Assembly (NCBI GenBank): GCA_050950505.1
Contig: JBMNHS010000001.1
Location: 192,001 to 256,000 of the forward strand
Reading direction: 5' to 3'
DNA from: Candidatus Methanomethylophilaceae archaeon
GTDB lineage: Archaea; Thermoplasmatota; Thermoplasmata; Methanomassiliicoccales; Methanomethylophilaceae
DNA length: 64,000 nucleotides
The notes under the pieces are model-generated. The model was not told the origin of the DNA. It made no database searches and was given only the letters and a program-made list of their open reading frames with translations. This document shows positions 29,114 through 39,243 of this stretch, piece by piece. Every line of letters starts with the position of its first letter. Within the stretch, counting starts at the first letter, position 1. Made by a program: the position numbers and the translations under genes.

Positions 29114-30400
29114 TCAATCCTTCAAAGCTGTAATTGGGATGACGTATACCCCGTCCTTCCGTCTGTACGCCGCTTTGGACATACCGCAAATTACGCACAT
29201 GAACTCGGGAGAACCTGCCCTGGAAAATGATGAGATGTATCCGCATACTTTCAGCAGATTCTCGGCCGCCTTGTCAATATAATTGAACCCTAATCTGATA
29301 TCGAAAGCCGCCCATTTTCCGTCCCTTAATTCGATTACGGCATCAATCTCGTAGTTTTTCTTGTCACGGTAATGGTACATTTTTCCTTCAAATGTTTCCG
29401 CGTAGATTGTCAGATCGCGCACGCACATGGATTCGAACATGCGTTCGTAAATCCTCAAATCACCGAGAAGAGATTCGGGAGACATATTCGACGCGGCGAT
29501 TGCCAGAGACGGATCGGTGAAATACCTTTTTTCCGTTTTGCCGACTCGTCCCTTGGACCGCAGACCCGGATTGAAAGGTTTCAGATTTTCGATAATATGT
29601 AATCTCGTCAATGCAGCGAGATACGAATCCAGCGTAGGAGCCGATACTCCGGCATCGTCCATGAGATCCTTTTTGGACGTTAACATGCTTTCGTTGCGCG
29701 CCAATGCTTTCAAAACCTTCCACAATTTGCTTTGATTCCTGTCGACATCGTCCGTCTTTCTTAGTTCGTTTCTCACCATGCTTTTCAGATAATCTTTCGG
29801 GATTCCGGACGCGCCCTCGATGGATATGTTCAGACTTCCCGGCCAACCTCCGCGAACGGTCAGTTGAATCAGATGTTTCAAACATACATCGCCTGTGAGA
29901 AGCCCTTCAAAATTTCCATCGAACAAATCTTTGAGAGATACCAGCCCGGACGAATCTTTGGATTCGAACAGGGACATGTGCCTCATTTTCACTGTTGTTA
30001 TACGCCCTACTCCGCTGTGGATTATGTTTTTATCATTCGGAGTCGCGGAGCTTGTCAGTATGAAAAGGCCTTTGCCGCCGATACGGTCGACGTTGTTGCG
30101 CACACCATCCCATAGCTCAGGAACCTCCTGCCACTCATCTATCAGTCGTGGAAATTCGCCTTTAAGAACCAGACCGGGGTTTGTCTGTGCCAGTAATTTG
30201 TTTTGATGCCTCTCGTCGGAATCTGCGATTAGAATCGAACTTTTTGAGTGTTGTTTTCCGGTCCGTGTTTTTCCGCATCCTTTTGGACCTTCGACATGTA
30301 CCGCACCCATATAACGCAATTTATCCGCGAGTATTTTATCCATTATGCGCGGCAGATAACGTGAAGAATCAAGTCCCATGATTGTTCCTTGCTGGTACAT
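29114..30400 (-). CDS. AAA_14 ATPase with DUF4143 domain
   Basis: GPKGCGKT, LIDEWQ, HSGVGRI, KRYFTDPSL, EIDAVIE; several usually conserved residues look substituted. Confidence 0.88.
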   Translation of the reverse strand: MYQQGTIMGLDSSRYLPRIMDKILADKLRYMGAVHVEGPKGCGKTRTGKQHSKSSILIADSDERHQNKLLAQTNPGLVLKGEFPRLIDEWQEVPELWDGVRNNVDRIGGKGLFILTSSATPNDKNIIHSGVGRITTVKMRHMSLFESKDSSGLVSLKDLFDGNFEGLLTGDVCLKHLIQLTVRGGWPGSLNISIEGASGIPKDYLKSMVRNELRKTDDVDRNQSKLWKVLKALARNESMLTSKKDLMDDAGVSAPTLDSYLAALTRLHIIENLKPFNPGLRSKGRVGKTEKRYFTDPSLAIAASNMSPESLLGDLRIYERMFESMCVRDLTIYAETFEGKMYHYRDKKNYEIDAVIELRDGKWAAFDIRLGFNYIDKAAENLLKVCGYISSFSRAGSPEFMCVICGMSKAAYRRKDGVYVIPITALKD

Positions 30401-30417
30401 TATGGTTTATTATATAT

Positions 30418-30567
30418 TTTATATTTGGTACCTGTTTTGTTTTATATTTGGTACCTGTTTTGTTTTATATTTGGTACCTGTTTTGTTTTATATTTGGTAC
30501 CTACCTCATTATATGTTTTGCAGAGGTTTTATTATATGTTTTGCAGAGGTTTCATTATAGGTTTAGC
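30418..30567. repeat. Two adjoining 23-bp tandem arrays upstream of the AAA/DUF4143 gene
   Basis: TTTATATTTGGTACCTGTTTTGT about 3.7 copies (ATATTTGG at 30421, 30444, 30467, 30490), then ATTATATGTTTTGCAGAGGTTT(T/C) about 2.6 copies (30508, 30531, 30554). Confidence 0.92.
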
Positions 30568-30630
30568 TTAAACTTTGACACCTGCGAACCGGGCGTAAAC
30601 TGAATTCGTGAAACGGCCTTGGCATATGAG

Positions 30631-31137
30631 TCACCATTCGAAACCGTCCAAGGGATTGCCCTCTCTCATGCACTTCTCCAGATTATCGGCAAGTTCTTCG
30701 GGAAAATCCGCGGCCAATTTCACCATCAAACTTTTGGATTCCCGAAGTGCCGCGGCGACCGCGCGGACTACCGTGTTCGCGTCTTCGATACGATTCAGAA
30801 TCATCAGCTTTTTTACGTCATCCTTAAACTGTTCGATGGAATCCGTTACAAGGTCTGTAGCAATTTCTCCGTTGTCGCAATAAGGATCATCATAATCGTT
30901 TCCGCTGTTCAGTTCCAGGAAGAAATTTTCCTCGCTGATTTCCAATAGAAACAATGCGTCCTCCTTCACGCTGTCAAAATCAACATCTATCTCCGACATG
31001 GCGGATTCCAGCGCTTCGATTATTTTCTCCGCATCCGTAACCTTCCCCATAATCCTGATGGCATTTGCGAGGTTTTCCTCGTCCATAATGGATATCAGAT
31101 CCTCGATTCGTTTGTCGGGATTGGTCTCATTCGGCAT
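30631..31137 (-). CDS. Acidic hypothetical protein
   Basis: 168-aa ORF with ATG start and plausible helical composition; no motif recognised. Confidence 0.6.
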   Translation of the reverse strand: MPNETNPDKRIEDLISIMDEENLANAIRIMGKVTDAEKIIEALESAMSEIDVDFDSVKEDALFLLEISEENFFLELNSGNDYDDPYCDNGEIATDLVTDSIEQFKDDVKKLMILNRIEDANTVVRAVAAALRESKSLMVKLAADFPEELADNLEKCMREGNPLDGFEW

Positions 31138-31351
31138 GACATGAAATACAGATATCGGATTAAATAATCGTCTGCGAAGGTAACGTCTTCTATGTTTTTT
31201 CGGCAGCCCCCACGGTTCCGTTCAGCGTCTGGTTGACTATGATTCTACGACCGTACGATGTCGGAACCCTTCAATCGGAAGAACACACCGCCCATTGTAT
31301 TTTACCCGTCATGGTATAACCTATACAATACGAAAATTCGAGATTCGGAAC

Positions 31352-32713
31352 TTACAGAAACATCGTCATGTATATCGGAATGTACACAATCTTTCCGTCC
31401 ACTCTGAGATCTTTGGAATGAACCACATACGCAGTTTTTACTCTGGATGAAAACTTCTCCATGAAACGGTCAAGAGATACGTGCCTGCCGGAATTTCCGG
31501 ATTTAGTTTCGATCGGTATGATGTTTTTACCGTCCGCGATTATGAAATCCACTTCCTGCATGTTCGTGGAATTTTCAACGGAAAATTTACTGAACACAAG
31601 TTTGTGTCCTGTGGATACCAGCGTCTGCGCAACCGCGTTCTCGAAAAACATCCCTTTGTTTATATTCATCTTATTTTTCAGAATGCTCCTGTAAATCTCA
31701 TCACGGTCCCCCACGTTCGAATCGAAGGACTAAGTCACCAGCAATCCCGTGTCTGCCATGTATATCTTGAATGTGTGCTCATCAAGATTCAGGTTAAGAG
31801 CCGGACCGGGGTCGGTGTTACGGTAACACACGTTTACCATCTTGGATTCGCTCAGCTATACAATGCTGTCAAAATATTCCCTGGTTTTGGACCCTTTTCT
31901 CATCCGTGAAGGGCTAAAGATCTTCACCTGTTTTGACAGAAATGACGGAATCATGAACAGAATACGTTTGGTTTTGGAACCGTGACCTGTCCGGAACTTG
32001 GATGCGTCATCCGCATACAGTTTCAGTATCGTGCGTTTGACGGTTTCAACAGCATCGAAATTGTTTTTTTCAATGTATGTATCGACGGCCCGAGGCATGC
32101 CGCCCACCAACATGTAGATATTGTACAGGTCCATGATGCGTCTGTGCATGCTCTGGCCAAGAGGCTGCCGTTCTTCGAATGCTTTTCTGAGCAACGGTAC
32201 CGTAACATAATCATTCTGAGCCCATAGGAATTCCTCAAAATCCATCGGATGCATATCAATGGACATTTCCTCGGACGGTATCAGAATATCATTCACATTC
32301 TGTTTGATGGAACGGAGTGACCGGGTTTCGATGTAATCGTAACGACCGTCTGCAACAAGATGTTTGATCATCTGTCTTGCGGGAGGGAAGAGCTGCACTT
32401 CATCGAATACAATAACGCTCTCACGCTCATAGATAGTTGTCCTGTATATCTGTTGCAAATATAGGAAGAATCCATCCAAATTTCCGGCGTGATTTATGAA
32501 TAAATCATTGACATCTTTGTCAACCTTTGAAAAATCTATGATTATGTACGATCGATATTCGTTTTCAGCGAATTGTTTCACCACGGTGGTCTTGCCGACA
32601 CGTCGGGCCCCTTCAATCAGGAGAGCATACTTTCCGTCATATTGCCTCTTCCATTCGAAAATCTTATCATAAATCTTCCTTCTAAAAACTTTTGCCATAC
32701 CCGTATAAGTCAC
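31352..32713 (-). pseudogene. AAA_14/DUF4143 ATPase interrupted by two in-frame TAG codons (pseudogene or pyrrolysine read-through)
   Basis: One frame from GARRVGKT and FDEVQ to KIYMADTGLL and EVDFI..PIETKS; TAG at 31856-31858 and 31730-31732; ends in TAA. Confidence 0.85.
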
Positions 32714-32716
32714 GAT

Positions 32717-32764
32717 AATACACCTATATTAAATTGATTAAGGTGACTGAATACACCTATATTA
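32717..32764. repeat. 15-bp direct repeat with 33-bp spacing upstream of the AAA/DUF4143 gene
   Basis: AATACACCTATATTA at 32717 and 32750. Confidence 0.75.
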
Positions 32765-33017
32765 TGAATTATATTCATTTTTTGCCTATATGTTCAACTT
32801 GATTGTGTTTTTGGAGTGTGCTTGTACCGCAAGTACGACGAACGGTCCGGCTTCGACATTTACGAATAAGCACAAATGATAAAGTCGGGTTAAAAGGAAG
32901 ACTGATTTGGAAAGACTGGATCGAATATCGTCGCAAGTATCGAATTTAACTAAGTGCTGTGGTAATCATGTGATTATTTGCGAAATGTGATGTTGGAACG
33001 AATAGGTAGTTGAATTT

Positions 33018-34217
33018 TTATAAATATTTTAGTGCGTAGCCGCCAATCACAGACAGTGCTGCGCCTATTAAGATGCTTATTGTGGCCCATTTTCGCCCGT
33101 CGGTTTTGTAATCGCACATAGTATTCATCTTGGGCCCTATTTTGTAAATCCATTCTTCGATAGTTTTGACTTCTTCAAAATAGTTTTTCAACTCTTTAAC
33201 AGACGTTGTAAGAATCGATCCGCGAACACGCTCATCAATCTCTCTTTCTAACGATTCGAGCTTGCTTTTCATGTCGGGATAATCAGGAATGAGTTCCACC
33301 ACTGTCTTTTTCGAGAATCCTCTTAGAAGTTCATCAAGGCTTAAGATACAATGGGACATCGAGGCCTGTAATATTCTAAGTACTCCACTGGTTAAATTTT
33401 TCATCATATGATCTATATTCTTCTTAACCGTGAGATCTCCCATTACGGGCGTAAATATTCTCATCAGGCGGTCATAAGCAGTCATTCCATCAATAATCAC
33501 AAAAATCGGGGAGTTCATATACTGCTCTTCATAATGGAGCATGCTTCTTTTGTATAGATTATAGAGACTTACATGATCCTCATTGAAGACATCTTCAATG
33601 GATATGTCTCGGCTTTCCAGAGGGGTCTCTTCCCTGGATTCGGTAATTTTTGGCCTCTGTTTACATGTAAGTGTGCATACGACTAAATCTATTCGATTCA
33701 ACATTATCTTCAATAGATGAATGTGATTGCTTAAACGTTCGAAATTCGTATCTTCAGCATCCTTATCCATCCTCATATCTTCGGATGCTCTGGTATATTT
33801 GAATATGGATTCTCTGCACTCGTTAAAATTGGGAACTCTCCTATAAACGGTTTTCAGATTTGTTCGTCTCAGGCATGCGTTGTATTCTTCTCTTGCATCG
33901 AGTGCTAACTTATCCACTAAATCGTATGAAGCTCTTTGAAGATGGAGTATTGCCGATTTTGAAGTATTCCTTATGTATTCTTCTCGACTGTTTTTGTCTG
34001 TCCCATATCTTTCATTGGTGCTAAATATAGCACTCATTCCGCGCATCATATGATCATATGCATTCCGGCCGTTCATGACTGCGGGTAAAAAATAATCATT
34101 TGCACCGGATCTTATTTGATGCAACGTGAATAATTCTTTGTATATGTTATAGATTCTAATATGTCTTTCATCAGAAAATGACTGCTGAAGACTGTGCATT
34201 AAACTTTTAGAATCCAA
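33018..34217 (-). CDS. AT-rich hypothetical protein with internal domain duplication and C-terminal TM helix
   Basis: HIRIYNIYKE..NGRNAYDHMMR versus HVSLYNLYKR..DGMTAYDRLMR; C-term WATISILIGAALSVIGGYAL. Confidence 0.75.
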   Translation of the reverse strand: MDSKSLMHSLQQSFSDERHIRIYNIYKELFTLHQIRSGANDYFLPAVMNGRNAYDHMMRGMSAIFSTNERYGTDKNSREEYIRNTSKSAILHLQRASYDLVDKLALDAREEYNACLRRTNLKTVYRRVPNFNECRESIFKYTRASEDMRMDKDAEDTNFERLSNHIHLLKIMLNRIDLVVCTLTCKQRPKITESREETPLESRDISIEDVFNEDHVSLYNLYKRSMLHYEEQYMNSPIFVIIDGMTAYDRLMRIFTPVMGDLTVKKNIDHMMKNLTSGVLRILQASMSHCILSLDELLRGFSKKTVVELIPDYPDMKSKLESLEREIDERVRGSILTTSVKELKNYFEEVKTIEEWIYKIGPKMNTMCDYKTDGRKWATISILIGAALSVIGGYALKYL

Positions 34218-34227
34218 ATCAGAACCC

Positions 34228-34428
34228 TCAAGGAAGCTTTACACGTTTGGCCTTATTGACGAGCGATTTGAAATCGGACGCGTCTTCCATATGACCCAAT
34301 GCCACTCGGACGCTTCCGAATATATATTTTTCATTGGATTTTAACACGTTTGTATCGCGTATGACTCGGACTGGTTCTTTGAAATCCGTTAGAACTACAC
34401 TGCTATACGGAATTTTAATGGGTGCCAT
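34228..34428 (-). CDS. Small basic hypothetical protein
   Basis: 66-aa ATG ORF ending 10 bp before the next co-oriented gene. Confidence 0.5.
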   Translation of the reverse strand: MAPIKIPYSSVVLTDFKEPVRVIRDTNVLKSNEKYIFGSVRVALGHMEDASDFKSLVNKAKRVKLP

Positions 34429-34645
34429 AGTACAGAATAACGAGTGTCATTTTAATAAATAAGGATTGCGACTACCTCTAACATATCTCCAGATGCCGTG
34501 TTTAGGTAATCTGGTTGGGGCTTTGAACGCTATGTTGAACCTTTGTTTTTTATGCTTTATCTAAACCCGTGGAAAACCATATTACGCATTAAAATGGAAA
34601 TTGATTCGACGGAAAACCCGTCGGAAAGAAGTTTACCGAACAGTA

Positions 34646-36226
34646 TCAGAGTTCGTATTCGTCCATTCCCTTCGGTTCGGTTCTGATGTCATACCTCTTG
34701 TACGCAACTCGGATTCCGTTTTCCTTGAATTCTTTGAGAATCCTTTCCATAATGGCGGCTTCCGCCGACCACTGGTTTTCGTAATCGTAAACGTAAGCGG
34801 ACAAACGTATCTTTATTCCGGAATCGGTCAGTCCCGTCGCACGTGCGAAGGGCATCATTATGGACCCGTCGGTGATGATTTCGGGACGGTCCATAGCCGC
34901 ATCCGTCAGTATTTTATTAGCCAGCGTGAGATTCGTGTCTCGGGTCACTTCAACATAAAAGTTGAATCTGTAACGCAGATTCTCGCCGGTCATGTTGACG
35001 ACGGTGCTTGCGGCAACTTTGTCGTTGGGCATGGTTATTATTTCCTCGTTCCACGGATTCTTGAACCGTGTGTTCATAATACCCACCTGATGAACTTTGA
35101 GTTCGTTTCCGCCGTCTATCCTGATAAGGTCTCCGGCTTTGAACGGGCGTGTCGCCAGCAGCGAAATGCCGCTGAAGAACTGCTTAAGTATATTCTGAGC
35201 TCCCAGAGATATTGCCAAACCTGCGATGCCCGCACCCGCTATTATCCCCATGAGGTCCGCGCCGAGAGTGGCGAATATGCCGGCGGCCGCGAAAACAACG
35301 ATGATTATCTTACCGATCATGTTGAACAGCGGAATTAATGTCTCGTCGACTCCGTCGGGGGCCATATCCATTCCCCGTCCCGAGAAAGTATGACGTACGA
35401 GAACTTTGTAAATTTCCCATCCTATCACGGCGCCCAGCACGATATACAGAAGAGCCGCCACTCTTGCGGAAAAATCGATGATGTATTCGGAAGAGCCCAT
35501 AATCCTGAGGCTTTCGTTCACTCCGTATACCATGATGAAAAGAATCACCATGCTGTAGAAGGTTCTCATCTTTACGTCCTTCAGTTCTTCGTTTCTTTTT
35601 ATGGGTCTGCTGAGAACGATCTTCAACAAACCGACGACCGCCAAAGAAATAATTGCCCATATCAGGAGTGTGGCTATGGTTGCGCCGATGTATCCGTTAA
35701 AGGGCTTCGGCAAAGTGTTGGGTATGAAACCCATGATTTTATTGAAATATCCGGATGATGAAAGATCCGAATATATGTTAATCGTCAGAGTTTCTGCAAT
35801 CAGGTGACTTTCGGATGTGTCGTCCGTTTTGTAATACAATTGTATAACAACATCGCCGGCTCCTTCGGATGCGTATTTTTCCACAGAAAATGTCAAAACC
35901 AGGCTTTCTGATTCTCCGGCACCCAGGTTTCCGATGTATTCGGGATCGTTGAGGACTTCGACATGATCGGTACCGACGGCCTGTACGCTTACATCGGACC
36001 AGGAAGAAGATGTGATATTTTTAATTACGATTCTTACGGTCTCTTCCCCTCCCGCTTTGATCTTAACGGGATTTTCGTCACTTACCGGCAGTATTCCGAA
36101 CAATGAGGTGATTTCGCCAGTATTGGGTTCTTCCTCGATGGCATATGCCTCGTCAAACATCACGGGAACCGTCAATATCGTAATCAATACCGCGGCCAAC
36201 GCCATGATGCGCATCTTCTGCTTCAT
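34646..36226 (-). CDS. Small-conductance mechanosensitive channel family protein with extracellular Ig-like N-terminus
   Basis: AGIAGLAISLGAQNIL, RPFKAGDLI, IGIMNT, TMPN. Confidence 0.92.
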   Translation of the reverse strand: MKQKMRIMALAAVLITILTVPVMFDEAYAIEEEPNTGEITSLFGILPVSDENPVKIKAGGEETVRIVIKNITSSSWSDVSVQAVGTDHVEVLNDPEYIGNLGAGESESLVLTFSVEKYASEGAGDVVIQLYYKTDDTSESHLIAETLTINIYSDLSSSGYFNKIMGFIPNTLPKPFNGYIGATIATLLIWAIISLAVVGLLKIVLSRPIKRNEELKDVKMRTFYSMVILFIMVYGVNESLRIMGSSEYIIDFSARVAALLYIVLGAVIGWEIYKVLVRHTFSGRGMDMAPDGVDETLIPLFNMIGKIIIVVFAAAGIFATLGADLMGIIAGAGIAGLAISLGAQNILKQFFSGISLLATRPFKAGDLIRIDGGNELKVHQVGIMNTRFKNPWNEEIITMPNDKVAASTVVNMTGENLRYRFNFYVEVTRDTNLTLANKILTDAAMDRPEIITDGSIMMPFARATGLTDSGIKIRLSAYVYDYENQWSAEAAIMERILKEFKENGIRVAYKRYDIRTEPKGMDEYEL

Positions 36227-36329
36227 AACGGTGCATACGTCATTCTTTTAATAAATACTCATTAATTTGTTCCGATATTACATAAAGTTGCGACAAATCT
36301 TAAAACTTATAACGGATACGGGAGGATGT

Positions 36330-37109
36330 ATGATACTTATTAAGCTGGGAGGCAGCGTCATCACCGACAAGTCCCAGTACAGAACTTTCAACAAAGAGCG
36401 TGTTGCCCGTTTATGCTCGGAAATCAAAGAATCCGGCCATAAAGCGCTGATAGTTCACGGTGCGGGGTCGTTCGGACACGTTCTTTCCAAGCGTCACGGC
36501 ATACAGAACGGGTACGTTTCGGAAGAGCAGATTCCCGCCGTGGCCGAGGTTCAGTATGACGTGAGGGATCTCAGCCTGATGGTCGTAAGGGAAATGCTGA
36601 ACGTCGGCATTCCCGCGGTTTCCGTGCCGCCGGGATCCTGTTTCGTGTTGGATGACGGAAAATTGGTTGCATCCGATACCGAAGCCATGGAACGATTGGT
36701 TGACGCAGGAGTGATGCCCGTGCTTTTCGGGGATGTGCTGATGGACCGGGTAAAAGGTTTCGGCATCTGTTCCGGAGATACGTTTATGGAAAAACTTGCC
36801 GAGTTGTTTGATATTCAAAAAGCAATCTTCGTTTCCGACGTGGACGGCCTGTTCACGGCCGACCCGAAAACCGACGGCAAAGCGGAATTGATCGAAGTCG
36901 TGGATAAGAACGTATTGGAGAACATTAAATCAAAGAGCGACATAGACGATGTTACCGGAGGAATACGTTTCAAGATGGAAGCGATGCTCAGAATGAGCAC
37001 GGCGGACCGCGACTGCGTTCTGGTGAACGGCACCGTGGCAGGTCGGTTGGGCGCGTTGCTGAAAGGAGAAAACGTGATATCCACCACAGCCAAAGGCGGA
37101 ATAAAATGA
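36330..37109 (+). CDS. ipk: Isopentenyl phosphate kinase
   Basis: IKLGGSVITDK, VHGAGSFGH, SGD, DVDG, DVTGG; ATG 36330 after GGAGG; operon with idi2 and GGPPS. Confidence 0.92.
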   Translation: MILIKLGGSVITDKSQYRTFNKERVARLCSEIKESGHKALIVHGAGSFGHVLSKRHGIQNGYVSEEQIPAVAEVQYDVRDLSLMVVREMLNVGIPAVSVPPGSCFVLDDGKLVASDTEAMERLVDAGVMPVLFGDVLMDRVKGFGICSGDTFMEKLAELFDIQKAIFVSDVDGLFTADPKTDGKAELIEVVDKNVLENIKSKSDIDDVTGGIRFKMEAMLRMSTADRDCVLVNGTVAGRLGALLKGENVISTTAKGGIK

Positions 37110-38158
37110 ATATCAGGAACAGAAAGGCCGAACATATCGAAATATGTCTGAATGAAAAAATTGCTCCGGGATATTGTTATTGGGATGACGTGAGACTCGT
37201 TCACAACGCTTTGCCGGAACTCAATGCGGACGATATCGATACGAGTGTTACGCTGTTCGGCAAAAAATTGGATTTTCCTTTGATTGTTACCGCCATCACC
37301 GGCGGATTCAAAGGCGCCGAGAAAATTAACGCCAACATTGCGGAAGCCTGTGCGGAACTGGGTATAGGCATGGGCGTAGGCAGCGAAAGAGCCGGCGTAA
37401 TGGGCGTGGAGCCCGAAAGTTACAGCGTCGTGAAAGAATACGACGTTCCGTTGATGATCGGAAACGTCGGCGCTCCGCAGTTGGTGCCGCAACACAGCAA
37501 AGACTTCATCGGTTCGGATGAAATCGAGATGGCCAGAGACCTTGTGGACGCCGACGTCATAGCGGTTCATCTGAACTATCTTCAGGAAGCAATTCAGCCC
37601 GGAGGGGATACAAACGCCGAAGGCTGTTATACCGCAATCCGGGAACTTGCCCTGAAATATCCCCTGATTGTCAAAGAAACAGGCGCGGGAATTTCAAGAG
37701 ACGTTGCGGCAAGGCTGAAAGGAATCGGCATACTGGGTATCGACATTGCAGGAATGGGCGGTACCAGTTTCTCCGCGGTGGAGATGTACCGGGCACAGGA
37801 CATAAAGGACGAAATACTGGCGGAAATGGGAAAAACCTTCTTCGATTGGGGCATACCCGCTCCCGCTTCGCTTGTCGATGCAAAGTGCGGACTTCCGCTG
37901 ATTGCGTCCGGCGGCATACTGAACGGAGTGCATATCGCAAACAGTATAGCAATGGGCGCCGGCTGCGCCGGTGTCGCGAACGCGATACTGAAAGAAGCCA
38001 CGATATCCGCCGACGCCGTGAAGAAGAAACTCAACATAATCAAAGAAGAACTGAAGGTCGCAATGCTGCTGACCGGATGTTCCGACATCAAACAGCTTTC
38101 CAATGCCAGACATGTGATTCTGGGTAAAACCGCACAATGGTTAGAGGGACTTGAATGA
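37106..38158 (+). CDS. fni: Type 2 isopentenyl-diphosphate isomerase
   Basis: RKAEHI, AITGG, GVGSER, HLNYLQE, VKETGAG, GGTSF, DWGIP. Confidence 0.95.
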   Translation: MNIRNRKAEHIEICLNEKIAPGYCYWDDVRLVHNALPELNADDIDTSVTLFGKKLDFPLIVTAITGGFKGAEKINANIAEACAELGIGMGVGSERAGVMGVEPESYSVVKEYDVPLMIGNVGAPQLVPQHSKDFIGSDEIEMARDLVDADVIAVHLNYLQEAIQPGGDTNAEGCYTAIRELALKYPLIVKETGAGISRDVAARLKGIGILGIDIAGMGGTSFSAVEMYRAQDIKDEILAEMGKTFFDWGIPAPASLVDAKCGLPLIASGGILNGVHIANSIAMGAGCAGVANAILKEATISADAVKKKLNIIKEELKVAMLLTGCSDIKQLSNARHVILGKTAQWLEGLE

Positions 38159-39138
38159 ACGCAAAAGAATATCTTAAAAAAATCGCCGCGGAGCTTGACG
38201 CTCCGATGAAACAGTACATCGAAGACGAGGATCCGGCGGATTTGATTGAAGCCACAAGGCAGTATCCTTACGCCGGCGGGAAAAGAATGAGGCCGGCCAT
38301 GGCCGTCGCCTGCTGCGGTGCCGTCGGGGGAGACCGGAAGAAAGCGATTCCTCTGGCCGTTGCCGTGGAATACATACACAACTTCACACTGGTCCATGAC
38401 GATCTCATGGACGAGGACGACACCAGAAGAGGAATGACCACCATCCACGTGAAATACGGAATGCCCACCGCCGTTCTGGCGGGGGACGCGCTGTTCGCCA
38501 AAGCTTTCCAGATTATCGCCGAACTTGACGTTCCGGACAAAGCCATGAGGGATGTTCTGAGATACGTCACCAAAGCCGTCTGGGACCTTGCGAGGGGTCA
38601 GCAAATGGACATCAACAACGAAGGCAAAATCGTGACCGAAGACGTCTATATCGAAACTATCAGGCTCAAAACCGCCGTTCTGTTCGCCGCGGCCGCCGCC
38701 GGCGGCGCCATAGTCGGCGGCGCAGATGAGGAGACGGTCAAAGCGATCAACGAGTACGCCGTGGATCTGGGTCTCGGATTCCAGATGTACGATGATTATC
38801 TGGGTATTGCCGGGGACTCGTCCAAAACGGGAAAATCCGTGGGCAACGACATACGCAGGGGCAAATGCACCGTGATGGTGACCCACGCCGTTGACAACAT
38901 CACGAATCCCGCAGATTTGGAGAAGTTCAAGAACACATTGGGCAAAGAAGATGCCAGTGAGAAAGAAATCTCCGACGTTCTGAAAATTCTCGAAAAATCC
39001 GGCAGCATCGAATACGCCCTGAACTCCGCGAAAGCCAGAGTCGAGTCCGCCGTTTCGAAAATAAGCTCTCTTCCCGAAAGCGAAGAAAAAGATTTTATGA
39101 TCGGACTCGCCCGTTACGCCATAGACCGGGACGTCTGA
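38155..39138 (+). CDS. Geranylgeranyl diphosphate synthase (polyprenyl synthetase)
   Basis: GGKRMRP, HDDLMDEDDTRRG, FQMYDDYL, GNDIRRGK. Confidence 0.94.
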   Translation: MNAKEYLKKIAAELDAPMKQYIEDEDPADLIEATRQYPYAGGKRMRPAMAVACCGAVGGDRKKAIPLAVAVEYIHNFTLVHDDLMDEDDTRRGMTTIHVKYGMPTAVLAGDALFAKAFQIIAELDVPDKAMRDVLRYVTKAVWDLARGQQMDINNEGKIVTEDVYIETIRLKTAVLFAAAAAGGAIVGGADEETVKAINEYAVDLGLGFQMYDDYLGIAGDSSKTGKSVGNDIRRGKCTVMVTHAVDNITNPADLEKFKNTLGKEDASEKEISDVLKILEKSGSIEYALNSAKARVESAVSKISSLPESEEKDFMIGLARYAIDRDV

Positions 39139-39144
39139 AACCAC

Positions 39145-39167
39145 AAAGGGCTTACCGCCCTTTTTTT
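39145..39167 (+). terminator. Hairpin plus oligo-T terminator after the isoprenoid operon
   Basis: AAAGGGC-TTACC-GCCCTTT continuing into a T run. Confidence 0.7.
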
Positions 39168-39243
39168 CCATTTTTTACGATTCCCGGGCGGAGTATAACC
39201 TTAGCCGCGTCCCTTATATTGTGAACCGTGACTGAAACCTGAC

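Noticed and set aside
30418-30567. Possible CRISPR array
   Set aside because: Units are contiguous 23-bp tandem copies with no unique spacers, and there are no cas genes in the window
30378-30603. Three short plus-strand ORFs
   Set aside because: They are translations of the 23-bp repeat in all frames with low-complexity products
37627-39171. 514-aa minus-strand ORF (similarly 43543-44637, 10600-11601, 9086-10000)
   Set aside because: Antisense shadows of well-supported genes with no recognisable motifs
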